This document shows positions 10,598 to 21,902 of a DNA stretch of 64,000 bases, piece by piece. The notes beneath the pieces are model-generated. The model was not told the DNA's origin, did no database searches, and worked only from the letters and a program-made list of their open reading frames with translations. Made by a program: the position numbers and the translations under genes. The DNA comes from Convolutriloba macropyga (lineage: Eukaryota), in assembly GCF_964194025.1 (NCBI RefSeq), contig NW_027450442.1, positions 1 to 64,000 of the forward strand. The letters run 5' to 3'. How positions within the stretch are numbered: position 1 is the first letter of the stretch; every line of letters begins with the position of its first letter.

Positions 10598-13500
10598 ATT
10601 NNNNNNNNNNNNNNNNNNNNNNNNNNNNNNNNNNNNNNNNNNNNNNNNNNNNNNNNNNNNNNNNNNNNNNNNNNNNNNNNNNNNNNNNNNNNNNNNNNNN
10701 NNNNNNNNNNNNNNNNNNNNNNNNNNNNNNNNNNNNNNNNNNNNNNNNNNNNNNNNNNNNNNNNNNNNNNNNNNNNNNNNNNNNNNNATGGATTCATCCC
10801 TAAGTTCGACTATTGCTAAATTTTTTGTATTCTGTTTTTCATTGCTCAAATAAAAAAACTTATTTGGTGAAAAATTGATTACTTTAAATTTTTTGTACGA
10901 TGGTCCCTCAATAATTCACTGTGTATGATAATTCCCCCATATTTAATTGTGGTGTGTATAATAGGTCGCCATAATAAAAATAATACTAATAACANNNNNN
11001 NNNNNNNNNNNNNNNNNNNNNNNNNNNNNNNNNNNNNNNNNNNNNNNNNNNNNNNNNNNNNNNNNNNNNNNNNNNNNNNNNNNNNNNNNNNNNNNNNNNN
11101 NNNNNNNNNNNNNNNNNNNNNNNNNNNNNNNNNNNNNNNNNNNNNNNNNNNNNNNNNNNNNNNNNNNNNNNNNNNNNNNNNNNNNNNNNNNNNNNNNNNN
11201 NNNNNNNNNNNNNNNNNNNNNNNNNNNNNNNNNNNNNNNNNNNNNNNNNNNNNNNNNNNNNNNNNNNNNNNNNNNNNNNNNNNNNNNNNNNNNNATGAGA
11301 ATAATAATTTTTATTATAATCATAATAATAATGTTAACAGTAAAAATTATACTAATGTTTTTATTATTACTATTTTTATTATTGTTATTATTATTATTAT
11401 TACTATTATATTTATGAAAATTATTATTAACATTGTTATTATTAGTATTATTATTATTTTTATTATTACAATATCTTTTTATGGATCCATCTCTTAGTTT
11501 GACGATTGCTAATTTTTTGTCTCAATCCTCTCCATCTATCAGAGAAAGCAATTCATAATTGTTTTTTAGAAATGGTTCGATCAAAGTCTTTTGTCATTGT
11601 TTTACCTTCAAAAATGGATCTCTAACAAATAATAATTGTCTTCCTAAAGATTTTTGGCTTAATTAAATTCATGATTATATTTTTGATTAAATTCCAATTT
11701 TTCAAAGCAATTTGATTTAATTGTTACATGTATGTTTGCTTGTACACCTATAATTTTTCACCCAAACTGTTGTGATAGATGATAATGATTGGTTCGACCA
11801 ATCCTGTTTAATACCATTGTCGTTGCCACTAGCACGACTAATTAAATTCCAAACATTGTGTTTTGCATTCATATTGATATTTTGATGTATTTCTAAAAAA
11901 AATGATTGATGCTGTAGTTGTTAGATTGTTTGCTTTCATGCTGCCTGTTGGTTTGTCTAGTATAATCTGTTTCTTGTTAATTTTTTCTCACTTCAAGAAA
12001 AACTGAAAGTGAAGAGCATTTTACTTTGATCTAATTCTAATTCTAAATCTATTTAGATTCATTTTTATTAGATTTTAGCAACAATTTCAAATTTTGAGCT
12101 TAAGTCATCAAGATATCCCCTGTTATATGTTGGGTTTTGTGTGTTTTTTTACAATGAAAAATTCCTATTCGAAGTAGACTTGAACAGCTGTTACCGAATC
12201 CGTAACGCTAAATCTGCGGTTTACCAGTGCACTAGCTGTCTATTGAGAGTGGCGCAGGATATGCTACATATGACAAAAATTTCCCGACTGCGAAGATCAA
12301 CTGGCAAAAATAAAAGAACCGAACTCTGTCAAGTTCTTACCGGCTATTGAGCAGAAACATATCTGCACATCCACTTCAAGAACTGCAAAGGCAGCTCTGG
12401 ATGCTAATCGCGAGTAAAAGGAGAACAAACCCGCTGATCTGAAAAACATCAAAGCAGGCTGTTGTATAGGAAGCCCTCAATATTTTTTTAAAATAATTTG
12501 ACTGTTTGATAGGACCCCATTTTTAATAAAAATCAGGATTTAAAAGATGTTTAACTTGGTTTTTTTGCGCAATTTTGTGTTTATTCCTTGTTTTTGTCTT
12601 CGTCTTCAGTCGGAAGTTTAATTCGCATAAAAACGTGGTCAACAATTTTTGTATAAATGGGCCGTTAAATTATTTTTTAGCATTTGTCTGGTATGAGGCG
12701 TCCCAATTACTAAAAAAATTGTCTGTTTTTTGCTATAAGGCTTTTATTTGCAACAACGAATGCGCGTTTACTGTGGCCCAGTTTGACATCGTAAATTGAA
12801 AATTACAAACATCACCATGGAGATGGAGGAATTTTTTCGGTTATGGTGCGCCCTCAATAATTTTTATTTTAGCGAACGAAAAATTAGGTCAATTAAAAAT
12901 ATGTTCCCGAAAAGATGTTCATACTTTAAACTCAGCAGGGACGCTTTTTTGTATTCTGTTTTTCATTGCTCAAATAAAAAAATTTATTTGGTGAAAAATT
13001 GATTACTTGAAATTTTTTGTACGATGGTTCCTCAATAATTCACTGTGTATGATAATTCCCCCATATTTAATTGTGGTGTGTATAATAGGTCGCCATAATA
13101 AAAATAATACTAATAACATTATTAATANNNNNNNNNNNNNNNNNNNNNNNNNNNNNNNNNNNNNNNNNNNNNNNNNNNNNNNNNNNNNNNNNNNNNNNNN
13201 NNNNNNNNNNNNNNNNNNNNNNNNNNNNNNNNNNNNNNNNNNNNNNNNNNNNNNNNNNNNNNNNNNNNNNNNNNNNNNNNNNNNNNNNNNNNNNNNNNNN
13301 NNNNNNNNNNNNNNNNNNNNNNNNNNNNATGAGAATAATAATTTTTATTATAATCATAATAATAATGTTAACAGTAAAAATTATACTAATGTTTTTTTTA
13401 TTACTATTTTTATTATTGTTATTATTATTATTATTACTATTATATTTATGAAAATTATTATTAACATTGTTATTATTAGTATTATTTTTATTTTTACTAT

Positions 13501-14399
13501 TACAATATTTTTTTTATGGATCCATCTCTTAGTTTGACGATTGCTAATTTTTTGTCTTTGTCCTCTCCATCTGTCAGAGAAAGAAATTCATAATTTTTTT
13601 TTAGAAATGGTTCGATCAAAGTCTTTTGTTATTTTATTACCTTCAAAAATGGGTGAATAACAAATAAAAATTGTCTTACTAAAGATTTTTGGCTTTATTA
13701 AATTCATGATTATGATTTTGATTAAATTCTAATTTTTCAAAGCAAACTGATTTAATTGTTACATGTACCTTTGCTAGTTCCCCTTTAATTTTTCACATAA
13801 ACAGTTGTGTTAGATGATAATGATTGGTTTGACCAACCCCGGTTTAATACTATTGTCGTTGTCATTAGCAAGACTAATTAAGTTCTCAACATTGTAGTTT
13901 GCATTGATATTGATATTATGATGTATTTCTAAAAAAATAATTGATGCTGTAGTTGTTAGACTGTCTGCTTTCATGCTGCCTGCAGATTTGTCCAGTATAA
14001 TATGTTTCTTGTTTTTTTTTCTCACTTCAAGACAAACTGCAAGTGAAGAGTTTTTTACATTGATCTCATTCTAATTCTAAATCGAATTAGATTGAATTTT
14101 ATTAGATTTTAGAACAAATCTTTCAAATTGTGAGCTTATGTCATCATGATATCCCCTGCTTTATAAGTTGGGTTTTGTGTGTTTTTATATAATTAAAAAC
14201 TCTCTATTCGAAGTAGACTTAAAATTTTATAAATTTTTCTTCAATTCTTATATAGTCACCCGTTTTTTTCTGAAATTTTTCACTATAAGTCACAAAACAG
14301 TCATTTTTATAATTGATATCAGAGGCAAAAACTGGTTTTATTTTTTATTTAAATCTGAAATATGTAAATTAAACTAACCACTTAATTAATGTTACATTA

Positions 14400-16817
14400 T
14401 AGAAACTTATTAATCAAACATTAATATTTTCTAATTCATAACAAGATAAACTTAGGTTTTCTTAAAATAGTTTAATAAAAAAATTTGGTTGAATCCTGCA
14501 ACCTTTCTGTCTATTGAAACTCTTTCGTGTCGTTTAAGCATTTCCGCTGCAACTTTTTGTTTAAATTTGGTCTTCGACGTTTCTGTTCTAATTGTAATTG
14601 GAAGTGTATTCCTTTTTCGTATAAAGTTAAGAACAATTGAACCATTACTCCATTTTGACTTTCATTTTTCTTCAAAGAAAAGGTTATGGGTTCGTTTGTT
14701 TGCAATGAATGGCACGTTTTCTAAAAATCTGAACTGTTTTTTAGAGCAATTTTTTGTTTGTTCGAGAATATTGACAAACCCATTTAATGACACCCGTGTT
14801 ATTTGGAGCCCTGCTTGAAAGATTTTAGTCTCCAGAAGTAGATCTTTGGCAATATCGTATTTGGTTTTCATAAAGCAAACTTTTATGTCCCAGTTTATCT
14901 GTTTGTTAATTCTGTCAATAGAGTAAGATCGTAAATTTTGAAAAAAAATGCACTAAAATCTAAATGAGACAAAACTAGTGATTTAAAAAGATTTTTTCTT
15001 ATTTTTTAACGGTACCTGATAACAAACCAAATATAATGATTTGATTGCTGAAACTATTTTACTGATAACCTATTTAGTTAATTTTGGTATACCAGTTCCC
15101 AATCAATTATTACACCTAAATATCTACCTTTTTCAGATGCTTCGAATCGGTGTCCTTTGGAATCGACAGTTTCAATGATGGGCAATTTTTCATTCCTGAA
15201 CTTTATTAACTCCTTTTTTTCCTCATTCAACTTTAACTTGTTTTCTTTCATATATTGTTCTGTCTTGGAACACCGTGATTTACGAAATTCCAATCTAATT
15301 TTGTGATCTCAATTTTTACACTCTGTTTTCTATCACAAAGAAAGGAGTTTAATAAGGTTCTTGCATTCTCTTCAATTCCATACCTTTTTATTTTGTTCAT
15401 AAAAACATCTATAGATATTGAGCTGAAAGCCTTTGCTAAGTCTAAAACAACTGTGACAACAATTTCGTTTTCGTCAACGCATTGGTCTATTTTTTCAGTT
15501 AATGAAATGATAGTATCGAGACAGGACTTTTGCTTTTGAAATCCGAATTGATTCTTGTTAATCAGACCATTAAGATTTATGTGGTGAGTTTGTTGTTCAA
15601 GTAGTAATTGCTCAAAAAATTTAGCTAGAGTTGGTGACCGATATGGGTCGATAGTTTTCTGGTTCTAGTGAGTCTCCTTTCTTATAAACATGTGTAACAT
15701 GGGCTGTTTTCAAAACATTAGGAAACATTTTCGTTTATACATTCATTGACAACAAATTGTAAATGAGTTCCAATAGAGAGTTTACTATCTTTTAGCGCCC
15801 ATGCTGTTATGTATCCCAGTCCGGGCAATTTATGCGTAGGTAGAATACTAATAACATTATACAATTTTTTTTCTGGTGACTGGTCGGAAGCTAAATTCCG
15901 GTCACTCAAATGTTAGGGAAAAATGACTTGGAGAAAAGTCTTTGCCTTTGTATAATCTGAGCCCCGCAAAACAGTTATTAGGAATATTGGCAATCTTTCT
16001 GTCATTCTCAACAAAATAACTATCTTCCCTTAATTTGTCAATTTTTTCTATTTGACTGTTGGAGTTGATCCTGTTTTTGATGAAGTTCCATTGTTTTTTT
16101 GAAGTTGGTAGCTGCTGGAAAAAACTTTTTGGATAATCATCTGCAGCTTTTTTTAGTTTTCTGTTCACTGAATGGCGTAAAGACTTGTAAAAGTTATAAA
16201 TTTATGGATTTGGATTTTTCTTCCACGCAATAAAGAGACAGTGTTTTTCACTTAAAAGACTACGTAATTCCTTTGTCAATCACTGCTTTTGTTTTTTTGG
16301 TATTAATTTCTGCCAACTTCAAAATTGCATGACAATTCAGTATATTTTCGAGAATGTCAATAAATTTCAGAAACATTTCGTTAGGCCCATTTATCTGGTA
16401 TATAAGCAACAAATCTTGCAGCGCAATATCACGATTCAATTTTGATCTTAAATATTTCTTGGTATTACGTATCAAAAACTGTCTTTTCTTGTTACTGTGA
16501 TCTATTATTAATGATGAGTGATATACTATTGTGAAGTGATCAACTCCAAGAGTCGACTCTAGAACATTGGCCTCAAAACTTTGGTTCTTCGAAATCAAAC
16601 AGTGATCAATTACAATTTTTTCCCCATTTGTCCATGTTGCCTCCGTTTCATTAACGTAACATAGCCCATTGTTTGCTGTGAAAATATCAAGTGACTGTAT
16701 ACTTTTGCGCCTAACAAGTTTATTTTGTAATTTCTGAATAAAATTAGAGTATCTGTATACGAATACACTATTTGCGAGTAAAAGGAGGACAAATCCCCTG
16801 ACCTGAAAAATAATCAT
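14400..16817 (-). pseudogene. CR1/L2-like LINE ORF2 remnant (end of AP endonuclease, RT with internal deletion)
   Basis: TWTNG...IDHCL...LGVDHFTI (APE end), SIGTHLQFVVNECI, KKGDSLEPENYRPI, VLDLAKAF, NHGVP followed by a deletion that removes the YADD region, then RYLGVIID. Clearly homologous to ORF2 at 43135-46048. Confidence 0.9.
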
Positions 16818-17866
16818 AGCAAGTTGATGTATAAGAAGCCCTCAATATCTTTTTGAATAATTTGACTGTATGATAGGACCCCATTTTTAATAAAAACCAG
16901 GATTAAAAAGACGTTTAATTTGGTTTTTGTGTGCGATTATGTGTTTATTCCTTGTTTTTGTCATCAGTCGGAATTTTAGTCGGCATAAAAACGTGGTCAA
17001 AAACTTTTGTATAAGTGGGGACTAATAATTGTTTAGCATTTGTCTGGTATGAGGCGTCCCAATTATTTAAAATAATAACAATCCCTTTTTTGCATTATGC
17101 ATTTTTTTGCAATAACGAATGCGCGCTTACTGTGGCCCAGTTTGACATTTTAAAGTGAAAATTACAAAACTCACCCTGGAGGAGGAGGAGTTTTTTGTGT
17201 ATGGTGCGCCCTCAAGAATTTTTATTTTAGCCAACGAAAAATTAGGTCAATTTTTAATATGTTGCCGAAAAAATGTTCATACCTGAAACTAAGTATGGAC
17301 GCTTTTTTGTATTCTGTTTTTGATCTCTCAGCCGAATATTAAGCCTTTTTTGGTAAAAGTTTGTATACCAAAAATTTTTTTGTACGATAGTTCCTCAAAA
17401 ATTCACTGTGTTTGATAAGTCCCCCATATTAAATTTGTGTTATGTATAATAGGTCCCCATAATAAAATTAGTAGTTATAAAAACAATAATAATAATAATA
17501 TAAAAATAAAAATAATAATATTAATAAAATTAATAATAACAAAAAAAAGTTTTAGTAAAAGAAATGATAATAATAACTTTTATTTTAATCATAATATTAA
17601 TGATAACAGTAATATTTATACTAATATTTTTATTATTACTATTTTCATTATTACTATTAACATTATTATAAAATTTATTAGTATTATTATAATTAATATT
17701 AATATTATTACTNNNNNNNNNNNNNNNNNNNNNNNNNNNNNNNNNNNNNNNNNNNNNNNNNNNNNNNNNNNNNNNNNNNNNNNNNNNNNNNNNNNNNNNN
17801 NNNNNNNNNNNNNNNNNNNNNNNNNNNNNNNNNNNNNNNNNNNNNNNNNNNNNNNNNNNNNNNNNN

Positions 17867-19404
17867 TTTAGTTTTCTGTTCACTGAATGGCGTAAAGACT
17901 TGTAAAAGTTATTAATTTATGGATTTGGATTTTTCTTCCACGCAATAAAGAGACAGTGTTTTTCATTTAAAAGACTACGTAATTCCTATGTCAATCACTG
18001 TTTTTGTTTTTTTGGTATTACTTTCTGCCAACTTCAAATTTGCATGACAATTCAGTATATTTTCGAGAATGTCAATAAATTTCAGAAACATTTCGTTAGG
18101 CCCATATATCTGGTATAAAAGCAACAAATCTCGCAGCGCAATATCACGATTCAAATTTGATCTTGAATATTTCTTGGTATTACGTATCAAAAACTGTTTT
18201 TTCTTGTTACTGTGATCTATTATTAACGATGAGTGATAAACTATTGTGAAGTGATCAACTCCAAGAGTCGACTCTAGAACATTGGCCTTAAAACTTTGGT
18301 TCTTCGAAATGAAACAGTGATCAACTAACAATTTTTTTCCCCATTTGTCCATGTTGCCTCTGTTTCATTAACGTAACATAGCCCATTGTTTGCTGTGAAA
18401 ATATCAAGTTACTGTCTACTTTTGCGCCTAACAATTTCATATTGTAATTTCTGAATAAAATTAGAGTATCTGTATACGAATACACTATTTGGGAGTAAAA
18501 GGAGGACAAATCCCCTGACCTGAAAAATAATCATAGCAAGTTGATGTATAAGAAGCCCTCAATATCTTTTTGAATAATTTGACTGTATGATAGAACCCCA
18601 TTTTTAATAAAAACAGGATTAAAAAGACGTTTAAATTGGTTTTTGTGTGCGATTATGTGTTTATTCCTTGTTTTTATCATCAGTCGGAATTTTAGTCGGC
18701 ATAAAAACGTGGTCAAAAATTTTTGTATAAGTGGGGCCTAATAATTTTTTAGCATTTGTCTGGTATGAGGCGTCCCAATTATTAAAAATAATAATAATCA
18801 TTTTTTTGCATTAATGCATTTTATTTGCAATAACGAATGCGCGCTTACTGTGGCCCAGTTTGACATTTTAAAGTGAAAATTACAAAACTCACCCTGGAGG
18901 AGGAGGAATTTTTTTGTGTATGGTGCGCCCTCAAGAATTTTTATTTTAGCCAACGAAAAATTAGGTCAATTTTTAATATGTTGCCGAAAATATGTTCATA
19001 CCTGAAACTAAGTATGGACGCTTTTTTGTATTCTGTTTTTGATTTCTCAGCCGAATATTAAGCCTTATTTGGTAAAAGTTTGTATACTCAAAAATTCACT
19101 GTGTATGATAAGTCCCCCATATTAAATTTGTGTTATGTATAATAGGTCCCCATAATAAAATTAGTAGTTAAAAAAATAATAATAGTAATAATATAAAAAT
19201 AAAAATAATAATATTAATAAAATTAATAATAACAAAAAAAATTTTAGTAAAAGAAATGATAATAATAACATTTATTTTAATCATAATATTAATGATAACA
19301 GTAATATTTATACTAATATTTTTATTATTACTATTTTCATTATTACTATTAACATTATTATAAAATTTATTAGTATTATTACAATTAATATTAATATTAT
19401 TACT
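17867..19404. repeat. Near-identical tandem duplicate of 16152-17712
   Basis: Direct comparison; ORFs 17975-18352 and 16260-16817 encode almost the same peptide. Bounded by N gaps. Confidence 0.9.
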
Positions 19405-20648
19405 NNNNNNNNNNNNNNNNNNNNNNNNNNNNNNNNNNNNNNNNNNNNNNNNNNNNNNNNNNNNNNNNNNNNNNNNNNNNNNNNNNNNNNNNNNNNNNNN
19501 NNNNNNNNNNNNNNNNNNNNNNNNNNNNNNNNNNNNNNNNNNNNNNNNNNNNNNNNNNNNNNNTTTTTTAGTTATGGATTCATCCCTAAGTTTGACTATT
19601 GCTAAATTTTTGTCTCAATCCTCTCCATCTATCAGAGAAAGCAATTCATAATTGTTTTTTAGAAATTGTTCGATCGAAGTCTTTTGTCATTGTTTTACCT
19701 TCAAAAATGGGTCCCTAACAAATAATAATTGCCTTCCTAAAGATTTTTGGCTTAATTAAATTCATGATTATATTTTTGATTAAATTCTAATTTTTCAAAG
19801 CATTTTGATTTAATTGGTACATGTATGTTTGCTTGTACCCCTATAAATTTTCACCCAAACGGTTGTGATAGATGATAATGATCGGTTCGACCAATCCTGT
19901 TTATTACCATTGTCGTTGTCGCTAGCAAGACAAATTAAATTCCAAACATTGTGTTTTGCATTCATATTGATATTTTGATGTATTTCTAAAGAATGATTGA
20001 TGCTGTAGTTATTAGATTGTTTGTTTTCACGCTGCCTGTTGGTTTGTCTAGTATAATCTGTTTCTTGTTAATTTTTTCTCACTTCAAGAAAAATTGCAAG
20101 TGAAGAATACTTTAATTTGATCTAATTCTAATTTTAAATCTAATTAGATTCAATTTTAATAGTTTTTAGCAACAATTCTTTCAAATTTAAGCTTATGTCA
20201 TAATGATTTCTCCTGTTTTATAAGTTGGGGTTTGCGGATTTCTATTTCATTAAAAAACTCTCTATTCAATTTAGAATTGTAAATTATAAGTTTTTCCTCA
20301 ATTCTACTCTAGTCAACTGTTTTTAATTTCTGGTATCTTCCATTAGAAATTACAAAACACTCATTTTTATAATGGATATCAGAATCATATTTAACCAATT
20401 AGCATCAGCACTGATCAACGCTGGCTTTCTAAATATTTGTAAAAGTTTTTTTCCAAATCTGTCTGTAAAAGAGCTTTTAAGTCACTGTAAAATAAAAAAA
20501 AATCTGGACAAGCTGTTTAGTAAAGATTGAATTGTTGTCTTATAAAACAGCTACCCCTCTCAATCCGAGGACTTTCCATGAACTCTACCTTCGGAGATAC
20601 TTTGTAGATCTGCTAAATTTTTCTTTCATTTTTTAGATTTATCAGATC

Positions 20649-21126
20649 AGAAATGTTTATATTGGCGCCTCCGCTAGCATGAGCTGCGATCGGCACCCAT
20701 ATAAACATTACTTTATTTCCCTTTGTTTTATCCACTATATTTCATTTTCTATTCCATCAAAATCTATCATTTCGTGTCTCACTTGGCACAGTGGTTAACT
20801 CGTTGAGTTGAGTTAAGTTGCCTTAGCAAACGGAAGGTTTGGCGTTCCTTCCTCACTGTCTCCAGTGAACGTCCCCCGATTTGATTAATTACTATTAAAC
20901 TAAGTGAGATAAAAAAAACAAAATTCACAGTTCTTAAAGAGAGTGATCCCTGCTTTGAGACTCTATACGGGACACACTGTGATGGGTATAAACTCAAAAA
21001 CGCTGAGATCGGTAGCAACACAGTGATCAGTGTTTTTACGTTTAGTATAACGTTTTATAATAAATCAAAAATTGATTATTCATATTGTTTCATTTTCAAA
21101 ATTAATTTTTATCCAAAATACCAGCT
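20649..21126 (+). repeat. Left terminal inverted repeat of the Maverick-type element
   Basis: Reverse complement of 25355-25832; the mirror ORFs 20779-21021(-) and 25460-25702(+) reflect this. Confidence 0.95.
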
Positions 21127-21159
21127 CAACTCTGTTATAGATATTGACTCATGGTCTAA

Positions 21160-21902
21160 GACTCATAAAATCTAAACTCACCATTACAATTTTTAATACC
21201 TTTATCGTCAAATGGATCAATAGCTATTTTGTATTGTTCTTTTGTTTCTAAATTATGTTTTTTTACTATCAATAGTATAATTAGTTACATATTTACTTTT
21301 TGCATCATAAATAGCATTTTTATAGTCTTCAATAGTAATTTGGTTTTTAATGGTAGCTTCTGTTATAACTTTTATCTTTTTCTCTTCCTCTCTTTTAAAT
21401 GTATTAAAACAATATGCTTTATCTTTAAGGAATCCGGATTCTATAATAGTATCAATAGGTATTTAGTCTTTCATTTTACCTAACTCCGAGTTGTGTAATA
21501 TATCTTTTATCTTATTCTTTCCAGTTTCTATATCATTATCTAAAAGAACATTTATGTTTTGAAAATACTATCAGTATCTGTGTAATGATAATCATAATAT
21601 AACTTTTTCTCAAAGTATTCATATATAGCTTTATGAATAAACATTTTAGCTTTCTTTCTTATAACAAAACCATTATAAATAAACTTCTCTAACTTAACAC
21701 TACCTCTTGGTTAATGTACAGCCATTAGTGCATCATCCAACTCTACAGAATATTCAAAACTAAAATATTTTACAATTTTAATATAACTATCCACATCATT
21801 AACTAACTCTACAACTTGTCTATTGTACACAATTTCTTTTCCATAGAAAGCATTATTCATTAACTTAAAGAATACATCACCAAATTTATCTCCCTTAGCT
21901 TT
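21160..21902 (-). pseudogene. Protein-primed DNA polymerase B, C-terminal fragment (second, inverted copy)
   Basis: FKLMNNAFYGK (motif B), HYTDTDS (motif C, about 21570-21590), ELGKMKD, KIAIDPFDDK; stops and frameshifts present. Confidence 0.92.

Larger units (their letters stand above)
10788..20400 (-). mobile_element. Tandem, rearranged array of CR1/L2-like LINE fragments with AT-rich trinucleotide tracts and assembly gaps
   Basis: Recurring blocks: about 10825-12182 matches 12946-14222 and (in part) 19564-20380; 12414-12960 matches 16774-17330 and 18490-19040; 16152-17712 matches 17867-19404. All are co-oriented with the ORF2 remnant at 14.4-16.8 kb. Confidence 0.8.

Noticed and set aside
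10484-13537. ORFs rich in X, Ile and Asn
   Set aside because: Artefacts of N gaps and AAT/ATT tracts.
20779-21021. 80-aa ORF apparently conserved with 25460-25702
   Set aside because: The similarity just reflects the TIRs; non-ATG starts and no domain.
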